A DNA stretch of 64,000 nucleotides from Eledone cirrhosa (lineage: Eukaryota), in assembly GCA_964016885.1 (NCBI GenBank), contig OZ024758.1, forward strand, positions 18,290,001 through 18,354,000, written 5' to 3'. This document shows positions 28,096-44,122 of this stretch, one piece after another. The position numbers and the translations under genes are program-made. How positions within the stretch are numbered: the stretch's first letter is position 1; every line of letters begins with the position of its first letter. A model generated the notes under the pieces. It made no database searches. It was not told the origin of the DNA and saw only the letters and a list, made by a program, of their open reading frames with translations.

Positions 28096-28128
<33 letters not shown>

Positions 28129-28317
28129 CAAATTACAAAATATGAGGAAATAATATACCTATTTTTTCTTTAAAGTTCTGACTGCAGTTTGGCCGATTCG
28201 TGTGCACCGATTTCTGCGCTTTAAAAGTGCATCACCGCTGTGAGGTTGATCAAGAGACCCCTCAGAAAAATGGATTGTTTCCTGATATATATGCATATAT
28301 ATATATATATATATATC

Positions 28318-29360
28318 TATTTATTAAAATAACAGATTAAAGTTTAAGTAACGAATCGCTGCTTTCACCCTTAACGGGATCTTCTGAAACTAACAAAGTC
28401 AATCTGTAAACGCAGAAGTGAATATTTCAAAAAGCGTTGCAACCGCAGGAAGACAGGAAGAGGATACTTTGGTTCGTGGGAACGTTCCCTGGCAAAGAAC
28501 GGGAACATCGAATATAATACGTCATTAATTGGAGCGGTGAAAAAGAATTATAGAACCACGTTTATGGTATAAAAGAAGTCGTAGACTAATATTCTCTAAG
28601 GTGGTTCATAGAGGCGTTCTCTATTTATTTATATACGTTTATTTAATTATTTGTATACCCGTACACACACACACACACATCTATATGTGCGTGTATTTCT
28701 ATACTTATGGCGAGTGTTTTCGCGTATGCTTGTGTACGTACGTATTTGGATGCGTGTATCTATTTATTTAAATTCAATTACCTCTGTATTTTATTTATTT
28801 TATTTACTTTATTCTTAACTCTGAAGCGGAGATTAATTCGGTTTCCTAGTTAGAATTTTAGTCTACGACTCCAGTTATATCATTTACGTGGTTTTGTCTT
28901 TGCGTGCAATTGTTCTCCACGCTACACATATGACGTATTATCTTCCGTTCATTGCCAGAGAACGTCTCTATGAACCACCTTAGACAATATTAGTCTACAA
29001 CTTCTTTCATAACATAAACGTGGGTCTGTCTTTGCGTGTAATTGTTTTTCACCGCTCCAAATAATAACCTATTATATTCGTTTTTTTCCCGTTCTTTGCC
29101 AGGAAACGTTTCCACGAACCAAAGTATCGTCTTCCTGTCTTCCTCCGGTTGCAACGTTTTTTTTAAATATTCACTTCTGCGTTTACAGATTGACTTTGTT
29201 AGTTTCAGAAGATCCCGTTAAGGGTGAAAGCAGCGATTCTTTGCTTAAACTTTAATCTGTTATTTTAATAAATATTTGCTCTACGGTTCTTATCTATTTG
29301 ATATATGTTTATCCTTATCGAGCCCTCTTTGGATTTTAGTCTTCAAATTTATTATTATTA

Positions 29361-29362
<2 letters not shown>
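28318..29362 (+). mobile_element. Family A element with a ~300-bp inverted 3' copy at its 5' end
   Basis: 28318-28622 is the inverse of about 28958-29273; main copy 28623-29362 matches the reverse complement of 39526-40275. Confidence 0.85.
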
Positions 29363-29444
<82 letters not shown>

Positions 29445-30383
29445 GTATGTATGTATGTATAAATATATATATATCTGTGTGGCAGAGAGTTGGAAATAAT
29501 CCGTTGTCAATAGTTCCGCATAATCAAGTAATCAATTACACTGGCACCAGATAGTGTGTTGCACATTTATAAGAGTAACGAACAATAGAGTTAAAATATT
29601 CACTAGTAGAAAACGATAAAGATTCTCACATTTTAAACAAGACAATAAAATCTTGGTACTAGAAAATTAGCTGTACATATCCTCTTTCACAATAGAATCT
29701 GGGACAAGGCAATGAGTTTAACAGTTTCAGATTTACAATAAACATTTGACAATGTGAAAAGAAATTAATAGAATATTAACTGAAACACGATTTCAAACTT
29801 CAGATGAAAAAATATATTCACTAAAGCTACTACTGTTCTTTATAATACTAGCGTTACAACAAATATTACAATAGATCTATCGAATTTTATTAATACTGTA
29901 AAATTGTTAATAGCTGTACGATAAGAAACTATTTGGCCGCCTTTATCCATACCCTCTGATATAAATAATGACGGCCAATGAAAGAAAAGATACAGCGAAA
30001 CGCTTTTAAAATTATATTACCAATATAATAGATTAGACTGACTATCAATAGAAACTTTTGAATTTAGAAAAATTGTAACTATTATTTTCAAATATTTATT
30101 TATTTCATTTATTTAATACATGAAAAACTTCTTTCTTTAAGGAAATCATTATACTTGTTTGTTAAGATGTCACATTTGAAAGATAATATGTTATTTGTTC
30201 TCTTTCGTTTTTTGTTTTTTATTTTTTATTTTTCTTCTATTGTTGATAACCGACACAAATGCAACACTATTTCTCCTATATATACAAGCAAACATACTCC
30301 CAAACCATACATTGAAGGAAAATGTCGCCAGTCTTTCGACCAATGTAAGCCTGAAAACTAATTCGCAATTCAGGGTGTAAAAT

Positions 30384-30471
<88 letters not shown>

Positions 30472-30734
30472 GAGAGAGAGAGCGAGAGAGAGAGAGAGAG
30501 AGAGTCATAGATAGATAGATCATTGACAACTCCTCGTGACAGACAAAAAAACAACAAACTTTCATGATTTTTTTCTTAGATATGTTTGCTTTATTTCTTT
30601 TGAATGCATGCCCATATATGGACTGTACCCCTTGATAATTTCAGCTAGATTCCTGTCGTTCTAATACTTGCGGCTTAGTTGGGATCTAGCTGTCGAAACG
30701 CGCGGAGCTCAGTCGTCGAGGTCCTGAATCATTC

Positions 30735-30810
<76 letters not shown>

Positions 30811-30814
<4 letters not shown>

Positions 30815-31124
30815 TAGCGAGGTTTTTTATATGAAATCGTGTGTCGAAACAGATATTGTTATACTTGGGGAGGGTCATATTTGCGTAATATTGTCAGAAT
30901 TAATACGTAATATTGTCAAACATAATACAGATACAGTATAGACACATGTGTCTATATTGTATCTGTATTATTTTTGACCGTCGGTCAGTCAATGGCAACA
31001 TTGATGACCGAGTAAGTTAGATCGCAGATATAAAAGACAGCGAGAAGCGAAAACCAACCAAACAGTGAGTGTGTTCTGTTATTAATTCTGGCAATATTAC
31101 GCAAATATGACCCTCCCCAAGTAT

Positions 31125-31130
<6 letters not shown>
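30811..31130. mobile_element. Family D fold-back copy
   Basis: 30855-30905 is inverted at about 31080-31130; central palindrome atacagatacagtatagacacatgtgtctatattgtatctgtat. Confidence 0.75.
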
Positions 31131-31218
<88 letters not shown>

Positions 31219-31467
31219 ATATATATGCATATGAAAGTATGATATAATGCAATGGAAGTTATAACTGAAAAATAAGGTACCTCCTTCGAAGTGGCATCTC
31301 ATAGGATGTTTCTGGGGTATTTTAACTATACGTTCCCACGGTCGTGTAATGAAAAGCACCGTGAAACCTCTTTTTCAAGGACACAACGAGCAGCCAGGTC
31401 CAGGGTCGACCTCAAGACCATATGGTCAGGAATACCCTAAATACTGGGTCATGCGCTTTCTGTATAC

Positions 31468-31507
<40 letters not shown>

Positions 31508-31591
31508 AAAAAGGAAACAGAAATAATAACACAATCGGTACAGTGTATAGAAGTATATATTAGGTTGACGCTTGATATAGCAGGAAGGGCG

Positions 31592-31627
31592 TCTTAACGT
31601 TCTAGACGCTAGTCCTTCATCAGAAGA
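31592..31627 (-). ncRNA. Minimal PLE-type hammerhead, degenerate (family F)
   Basis: TCTT-CTGATGA-AGGACtagcGTCT-AGAA-CG-T-T-AAGA; GAAA is mutated; homologous to 50741-50778. Confidence 0.5.
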
Positions 31628-31729
31628 AAGAATGAGAAATAAGAGATACTGAGGGGACGCGCGGGATGGAATTGGAAAAAAAATGTATTTAGTTAGAAAT
31701 GAAGGTCCATTCACTTTGACATATATATA

Positions 31730-31791
<62 letters not shown>

Positions 31792-32542
31792 TATAATATG
31801 AGGGTTCACGAGCCGTGTCGGGTATATTGACACCTAAAAAGGTACTCAATACATTGGTTGAGTATTGGTATCTTCATTACACGTATAGAAATGACTTCTA
31901 CACAATTAGATCTGTTTCACTTGTATGAAATCAACAAGAATGACCATATATAATAATAGTCTTATACGTTATGAATATTTCTATATTAACTAGCCAAACA
32001 TCGTTTTGGGATACAAACATATGAAACGTCCAGTGATTCAGTCACGATTACAATGTAATACACGAAATAGCCCAGACTAAAACCTCAGAGAAACTCAGAG
32101 AATTTCCAAGTATCCGACTTAAGATGGCGACCATTGTTTAATATATATAATGGTAAATAAACGTTAGTTTTATAGCTCCCCAATCTATTGTATATAAATA
32201 TAAAGAATACACAAAAATTCAATAATTTCCGTCTAGGTATTTACATAATATTTAATATAGTTATATTAGTTATATCAATTTAATTTGTTGATACATTATC
32301 GTGACATTTGCTAATGGCTAAATATAATAATTGCTTTGATTTTGACATTTTCTATAAATTAACATTTCAGTATATCACTAATGCTATAGACTAGTCAACG
32401 CTATCTTTATCTATCGAAAATATGAACCAAATCTCTTACAAAGTAGATCTAATCAAATATTTCTCGGGTGGATAGCACACTCATTTCAACAAATAATCTA
32501 CAAAATCCTCTAAGACTGTCCAGCTCTAACGGCATTTTTTAA

Positions 32543-32710
32543 TAATTATTTCTACTATAGGCACAAGTCCAGTAATTTGGGGAGAGGGGAAAGTCGATTA
32601 AATATAATACAATGCAGTACTGGTGCTTTATATTATCGACCCCGAAAGGATGAAATGCAAAGCTAAACTCAGCGGGATTTCAACTCAGAATGCACAAGGA
32701 CATAACTCTC
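32543..32710 (-). mobile_element. tRNA-derived SINE (OR2-like variant)
   Basis: Core and B box recognisable. Confidence 0.75.
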
Positions 32711-34175
32711 CAGTTGAAACTTTTATGGTTAAAGATATGTTTACTCTGGACGTATGGGCTACCCAATAACAAAAAAAAAGATACAAAAAAATAGAAACAA
32801 ACAAAAAAAAAAAACAGTTGCATGTGCTACTTTACAAAAAACAACAAAACATCAAATTCGACAGCCGCAACAATGATGGAGGCTTCTTTCGTCGATGATA
32901 AAATAGTTTATTAACCTAAATTTAGAACAAAGACAGCTAAGACAAATAACTGAAACATGGCAATAACCTACATTAAGTTAATTAGGCTGAAGCTGAATAC
33001 ACTAAGGGAGAACAAATTGATAATTCAGAGAGATGTAGTCCTTATTTGGTGAAAAATACTAAATTTAGCTGCAAGTTTTGGCGATTGACAAAAATACTAA
33101 AAAAATAATAATATATATACTTATATGTTTAGGGAGGGACAGAACAGTGTAATCACTATATGCATGCAAGGGTCATGTATAGACAGCCTTATATATATCT
33201 TAAACCTTAATAGAATATTATCGTCAAACTAAATATCCAGATGAATGGAGAGACGTTAACACAGAGAAGACGAAATCATGTACAAATATTTTTTTTGCGG
33301 GGAGTCAAAATAATATTCAGCAAACGGAAGAGAAACGAGCTAATTGAAATAATTCAAACGTGACCATAGCATGATTTTGAATAATTAACGAAATTACTCT
33401 GTAAATTAACTTGATGAATTAATTTAACATTTCTTAAAATTCTCTCATCTTTTCTCTTAGTGTCACTAGAATTGCCGTTAGGATGCTGCATTTATTCTCT
33501 AACTAAAGAGGATGATTCAATTAATTCAGATTTTTTGCGCTGGCTTTCTTTACATCACTTTTTAAATTAATTATTCAAATTCATGCCATTGGCTCATTTT
33601 GGATTATTTTGCCGCTACTCATTTCATTTTTAATTTTGAAAATGATACCGGACAAAATTGTGTGTAAGACATTTTCTATATGTCAGAAATATATTTTCTG
33701 ATTTTTAGACCAGTGTATATAATTACACTGAAAAGGCTAAATAGACCGAAACATATTGATATTTGAGTACTGTTATACAAAGAAAAGATATGCCTCAGCT
33801 TATAGATCAAATTCTGAAATTTTGACAGGATCTCTATTGTTTTCTATTTATTCGGAGAGACAATAACAATTTTATCAAATCATGTAACATTTCAATCAAC
33901 TAAACATTTAAGAGGCTTTGCACACGTCATTAAGTTTATTGCGTGTAGTCTTTCACTGGAATTTAACGATTAACCTACGCAAGATATTTAACTCTCATGT
34001 GGCCGGATAATGTATGAGTTTCTCTCTCTGAATAAATACATCAATCTATAAACAGGTACCAAATGTATTTAGGATTGAAAATGAAAACACTGTCTGCTCT
34101 TATTTTATAAACTCACATTATTGAATTGGTGTGGTTTACGAAATGTATCTTCCCTACAATTGTGTTTATATATAA

Positions 34176-34276
<101 letters not shown>

Positions 34277-34306
34277 AGACCAAAAGAAGGTTAAAGGAGT
34301 TCCATG

Positions 34307-34377
34307 TATTTTATTATGCGCATTTCAAAAACAAACATCATCATGCAATAATATTTGTGTTTTCATCAGATAAAACA
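34307..34377 (-). ncRNA. Type I hammerhead with intact core
   Basis: TGTTTTAT-CTGATGA-AAACACAAATATTA...TGATGTTTGTTTTT-GAAA-TGCGCA-T-A-ATAAAATA. Confidence 0.8.
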
Positions 34378-34565
34378 GGAGAACATGATATGAAGTCTAA
34401 AAAACACTTGTGGATAGTGCAGTTTTAAATCAACATATGAAAAGTGGTTTTAGATTGATGTGTGATATTGGGAAAAATATTTTATTTAGAGAGGGGGGGG
34501 GGGTGGAAAGGATGAAAAAGGGGAGGAGATGAGAGTGAAGGTGGAGAGGGATTATATATATATAC

Positions 34566-34626
<61 letters not shown>

Positions 34627-34691
34627 ATATTTGTGTATTACACAATGATTAACTAAACGAAATGACCAATTATACCCATAACTGAACCCAA

Positions 34692-34744
<53 letters not shown>

Positions 34745-34776
34745 TATAGTTATGTAATACACAATATAAGATAATT

Positions 34777-34841
34777 ATTTCATTTACCAGTGGTTTCTTG
34801 AAGACAGATACTTGCGTATGTCTTCATTCATCAGAAGAATT
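34777..34841 (-). ncRNA. Type I hammerhead within an element (34749-34964) bounded by ~50-bp inverted repeats
   Basis: TTCTT-CTGATGA-A-TGAAGACATACgcaaGTATCTGTCTTCA-A-GAAA-CCACTGG-T-A-AATGAA; 34749-34799 is inverted at 34914-34964. Confidence 0.7.
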
Positions 34842-35031
34842 ATTTATTGAATAGTAATATGGATTTGTTTAGGATAAATGAAATTGAGGCTGAAATAAAA
34901 TAATTGAGGGGAAAAGAAACCAGTGGTAAATGAAATAATTATCTTATGTGGTTTATTACATAGCTAAAAATCTCTGTAGTCTACATAGAGCAGCACTCTC
35001 TTTTCCTTTAGAGTTCCTACGGAAATACTTC

Positions 35032-35068
<37 letters not shown>

Positions 35069-35356
35069 CAGTAGCTCTATCTAGACTTGATTCATGGTTG
35101 ACATGTATGTGTAGGTGTGTAAAATATTCTTATGCAAAACAAATATGTGACGTGATAATATGGAAACCAATGTTTGGTTCCTATACATAAATCTACCTTA
35201 TATGCCATTGTATACAGTTCTATCTGTTGGATATACAATGATCTAGGTGTATCTTTGCAAGCTATGACTTTCTAACATTAACTCATATGTTATAAAATAT
35301 GTAGTCAACTGTTAAGAGCGAAAGTCGAGATTTTTGCTTAAACTTTAAACTGTTCT

Positions 35357-35392
<36 letters not shown>

Positions 35393-35507
35393 TATATATA
35401 TGCGTATAGTGAGAGTGAGAGTGGGAGAGAGAGAGAGAGAGAGAGGGTGAAAGAAAGAGAGAGAGAGAGAACGAGCGAGAGAGAGAGAGGGAACAGGGCA
35501 TTTTAAC

Positions 35508-35692
35508 ATAATTGTTTCTACTTTTGACACACGGCCGCAATTACCCAGTGCATTATTAGTACTTTATTTTATCGACCCCATAATGATGAAAGGCAAAGTT
35601 AACGTCGGCGGGATTTGAACTCAGATCATAAAGGGACGTAACTATATGCTTCAAAGTATGGCGTCCGAACCTCTACCGATACTGTCAATCCA
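35508..35692 (-). mobile_element. tRNA-derived SINE (OR2-like)
   Basis: Full head-core-tail match. Confidence 0.85.
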
Positions 35693-36021
35693 CAATGCTA
35701 TATATATTCTGGTGAAATAAAATGTAAATATATGTTATGTAATTTGGGGAATGTGCTAAATTATAGGTAAACCGGTAAACTACCTGACATTCCGCAACGT
35801 AAAAGCTACTCTCTTTTAGGTACGCCTAATATATTGGGAATATTGGTTTCTATCGGGTATACATCTTATAAAAAGAATGTATCAGAAGGACAGGAATGAA
35901 CACGTAAATCTCGCCAAAATTATGATCGTTATATAACATCATCGTTAAATCTATCTGTAAATCTAGACATAATTTGCAAGTCTAGACTAAAAATGTATAT
36001 CTAATTACATATGATGTGATA

Positions 36022-38990
<2,969 letters not shown>

Positions 38991-39460
38991 AGAAGACAAA
39001 CTCATCCATTTGCTCTGCTTTGATCAAAAGAAAGCCATTGATAAAAATTGTGAACGGAAATTGGGTAACGCTAGCAAACACAATGAGTAAAGATTCGCTA
39101 TAAGAACAACAGAACAATCAAGAAATGAATTCAGAACGTTGGGGAAAAACGAACATAATTTGACATAGGAATGTCAATAGTGCATCCAGTTAGGTATCAA
39201 AGTCACTATAAAGTATATTATTCAGTTACACTTTCATATAATAGGTAGACCCATTCAATTTCTTTGTGAGACATTTATCAACTTCATACTTCACTGACGT
39301 TAATCAAATGATATAATGTTGCGTCTTTTATATATATGTATATGTGTGTGTGTGTGTATGTATGTATGCATGTGTGTATGTGTATTTTGTGTTTGATTGT
39401 CTTTGTATGTACTCCTAAGTTATGTTTTTATGTATGTATAAGACTGGGAGAATTAAGTGC

Positions 39461-39525
<65 letters not shown>

Positions 39526-39529
<4 letters not shown>

Positions 39530-40590
39530 AATAATAATAAATTTGAAGACTAAAATCAAAAGAGGGCTCGATAAGGATAAATATATATCAAATATATATG
39601 AACAGTAGAGCAAATATTTATTAAAATAACAAATTAAAGTTTAAGCAAAGAATCGCTGCTTTCACCCTTAACGGGATCTTCTGAAACTAACAAAGTCTAT
39701 CTGTGAACGCAGAAGAGAATATTTAAAAAACACTGCAGCCGGAGGAAGACAGGAAGACAATACTTTTGTTCGTGGAAACGTTCCCTGGCAAGAAAGGGAA
39801 AAATGAATATAATACGTCATTATTTGAGCGAGCAAAACAATTGCACGCAAAGACAGAACCACGTTTATGGTATAAAAGAAGTCGTAGACTAATATTCTAT
39901 TAGGTGGTTAATGGAGACGTTCTCTGGCAATGAACGGAAAAAAACGAAGATAATACGTCATATGTGGACCGTTGAGAACAATTGCACGCAAAGACAAAAC
40001 CACGTAAATTGTATAACTGAAGTCGTAGACTAAAATTCTAACTAGGAAAGCGAATGATTCTCGGCTTCAGAGTTAAGAATAAAGTAAATAAAATACAGAG
40101 GTAATTGACATTAAATAAATACATACACGCATCGATATACGTCGTTACACAAGCATACGCAAAAACACTCGCCATAGGTATACAATACACGGACATATAC
40201 ATGTGTGTGTGTGTGCGTGTGTGTGTGTATACAAATAATTAAATAAACGTATATAAATAAATAAAAACGTATATAACAAGCGCTTACACATACCTACATG
40301 TAAATACACATATGTTCGGAGATACGTCAACCAGAACACGAGGTACACATACACACACCCTACATACATAAGAACCCGAATACTCACACATGCGCAAAAC
40401 TGACGTATACACATAACCAAAAGCATATGTACCAGAATATATAAAATATACGCCATAACATATACTATCAAATATACGTACGAGAAACTATACGAACCTT
40501 GTAATAATGGAGGTAATATATACTTACCTATACAAATAAGTAATGGTATAAGCATAACATATACTTAGCTACCACATCAAGATATCCGTG
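39526..40590 (-). mobile_element. Longest family A copy (~1.05 kb, non-coding)
   Basis: Contains all segments seen in the other family A copies and a ~140-bp internal direct repeat (caattgcacgcaaagaca...gtcgtagactaa); (TA)n flanks. Confidence 0.8.
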
Positions 40591-40777
40591 TAATTAATAT
40601 ATATATATATATATAATATATAATTAATATATATATATATATAATATATAATTAATATATATATAATATATAATTAATATATATATATATAATATATAAT
40701 TAATATATATATATATAATATATAATTAATATATATATATATAATATATATATATATATATAATATATTTATATATA

Positions 40778-40843
<66 letters not shown>

Positions 40844-40867
40844 TATATAAATGTATAAATATATAGA

Positions 40868-40944
<77 letters not shown>

Positions 40945-41534
40945 TTAGCGGCGATGAATTAGTTTAGCGAGGTTTTTTATATGAAATCGTGTGTCGAAAC
41001 AGATATTGTTATACTTGGGGAGGGTCATATTTGCGTAATATTGCCAGAATTAATAACAGAACACAGTCACTGTTTCGTTGGTTTTCGCTTCTCGCTGTCT
41101 TTTATATCTGCGATCTAACTTACTCGGTCCTCAATGTTACCATTAACTGACCGACGGTAAAAAATAATACAGATACAATATAGACACAAACATAAATCTT
41201 TCGTTGCACATCTGCAATAAATATATAGACAGACTGAATAAAAAATGACGTAGACATACAACACAACAGGAGGAACAAAGAATATAACACCACTGACGAT
41301 GTTGCACATGTGCAACGAAAGATTTATGTAAATTATGTAAACTATATATATGTGTTTGTGTCTATATTGTATATGTATTATTTTTGACCATCGGTCAGTC
41401 AATGACGACATTGAGGACCGATTAAGTTAGATCGCAGATATAAAAGACAGCGAGAAGCGAAAACCAACCAAACACTGAGTGTGTTCTGTTAATAATTCTG
41501 GCAATATTACGCAAATATGACCCTCCCCTAGTAT

Positions 41535-41541
<7 letters not shown>
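40945..41541. mobile_element. Family D large fold-back element with a hammerhead core on the + arm
   Basis: About 41004-41210 is inverted at about 41305-41541; + strand 41291-41330 reads CA-CTGACGA-T-GTTGCAcatgTGCAAC-GAAAGATTTA. Confidence 0.8.
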
Positions 41542-41575
<34 letters not shown>

Positions 41576-41608
41576 TGTATATATAAATATATATACATAT
41601 ATGTATAT

Positions 41609-41656
<48 letters not shown>

Positions 41657-41785
41657 TGCTAGGGAAAGGATCAGGGGTGTATAACACTCCACTTATCCAG
41701 CAGGCAGTATGAGGTTAGCTCAATGTAAGGACAGAGCCGTAATATAATAAATAAATAACACAGAACGCTTATATCATATGCATAT

Positions 41786-41843
41786 CTTTACTTGCTAACA
41801 TTGTTTCATCCGCACTATAAGTGGGACTCATCAGAGCATAAAG
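41786..41843 (-). ncRNA. Type I hammerhead ribozyme in the 3' pLTR (sense to the ORF)
   Basis: CTTTATGCT-CTGATGA-GTCCCACttataGTGcGGAT-GAAA-CaatG-T-T-AGCAagTAAAG. Confidence 0.85.
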
Positions 41844-42435
41844 GTTAATTACATACCATACAAGCAATAACAAATCCAAGACATTGAAGAATGAAAGGTA
41901 ATAATAGACGATAGAGGATAAGAATAAAAATAAAAATAAAAGTAAAAATAAAAATAAAAATAAAAATAAGGGGTGCTATCAGTCACAGTTGGGCGGGGTG
42001 CTGTCAACATATATTTACATACAAGCATACACATGGATAAGAGTACAGACAAGAGTAGACACATGGATAAGAGAACAGACAAGAGTAGATAAGATAATGG
42101 GATTAGGTAAGAGTAGGTAAATAATAGGTAAAAAATAGGTGAAAAACAGACTTATAATATATATAAAAAGAAATACAAAGAAATACATAACAAACTTACA
42201 TGTAAAATAAAATATAAAAAATAAAATATCGGGTAAGGAATGAGATAAAATAATATAAAATTAAAAATTAAAAATTATATACATAGAACATAATATAGTA
42301 TAATCGTAAAATAAGATAAAATAAGGTAAACTGAAATCAAATAACATAGACTAAATTAAAATAATATAATATAAGATATAATTAAATGTATAATTAAATG
42401 TAATTAAATGTAATTAAATAAAAAATAAAATAAAA

Positions 42436-42482
<47 letters not shown>

Positions 42483-44122
42483 AAATTTAAAAATTTAAAA
42501 ATTAAATAAATAAATAAAATTAAAATTTAAATTTTAAAATTTTAAAATTTCAAAATTAAAATTAAAATTTAAATTTAAATTTAAATAAGTAAATAAATAA
42601 ATAAATAAATAAATAAATACATAAATAAATAAATAAATAAATGGAGTCAAGTAAGTAAATAAATAAAATTAGATAACATGAAATGAAATAAAATGAAATA
42701 AAGTAAATTGAGATAAGATATATATTTTTTTAGAATATATCTCTTGAATATATCAGGGGCCCACGAAGGCACTAAATGTCACAGTTATATTTATCACCTT
42801 ACCAATTTTAAAAAAAATATTTTTCATGAAAACATCAGGGGCCCACGAAGGCACTAAGTGTCACAGTCACCTGTATCACTTGACCTTTGCAAGGCAATGG
42901 AGGCGTCCCAGGTTGGGCTGTATCGAAAGTTCACTCGAAAGTCATGGGTGTGCATTCACACAGTTGAGCGGTGGGGTAATCACAAACCGGTTCACACACG
43001 GGCAGGAGTCAATTGGTCAGAGAGGTGCATCAAAGGAGATAGAAGAATTCACATGCATTAGCAAGCGAGGTGAGATTAAAGCAAGCAGATACAGTTGTAG
43101 CGCATACAAAATATATATAAAAAGACAGAAGATATATAAAAAGCCATTAAGTCACCGCATTGGGACATCACAAGATTGTACACATCAATATGTTCAGCAC
43201 ATATATGCACGTATACACACCACATGCATATGCAGAGACGGTATACATATATATATATATTTTTTTTTTATATATATACACAGACACATATAACCACCTA
43301 CACCCATACACATATAAATGTATACACGGACACACACGCACACACACACAGCGTAGGACACCCGGGTCAAAGCCGATATTAAATACGATATTAAACACCG
43401 AAATACCACATTAGACCAGACCCACCACCACAGGTAATATATTCAAAACAAATACATACGATGAGATGTATTAAAATAAAGTTGAAATCCTACGGAGATA
43501 TTCATGTCTGCACGTGCCATTGACCGGTTCGAGTGTACACAGACCGTTAGTAACTACGGAGGGCCATCGGGGCCAAAACGTTACTTTCGGGATCATAAAA
43601 ACGACCGTCAATATATGGAAGGCCGATCGTGCTAGAAAGACTAAAACCCCGGGTAAGAGCTCCCAGAGGTCAGCCTGTAGATCTTGAACCACAGAATATG
43701 AGGGCAACACATATATGTGCCACGTATCCAGTGCTTACGGCAGGATGGCACGGGTCCGCCCACAGTTACAGGCTAAATTTCCACTAGTGCAGCCTAAATC
43801 ACAGTACACGCTTTACATAAATACATTACATCACAACTCATGCGCATACAGAGGTGCAGATCAACAAGATATACGTCAGGATAGGTCCACCAATGCACTA
43901 ATGGTGGGTAGGCCAGCGTGGATGGGTTACATCCACTGTACCAAACAGGGGTGCTTATTAACATACACTCCCCTGCACACCCCAATATCAAGATCAATAT
44001 CCTCCCACAGGCATACGTATACATTCACAGACTCGTATACATAGACGACCAACATTAGGAGACAGTTACACTCAGTCAGATACAGTTACACAAGACAGCC
44101 CAACTGGAGGAATAAGGGCGTG

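Noticed and set aside
33349-33609. Imperfect ~40-bp inverted repeat
   Set aside because: Probably an old MITE, but its termini and TSD could not be defined.
42826-44044. Possible second PLE ORF in the 3' region
   Set aside because: Short ORFs on both strands without motifs, partly microsatellite-derived.
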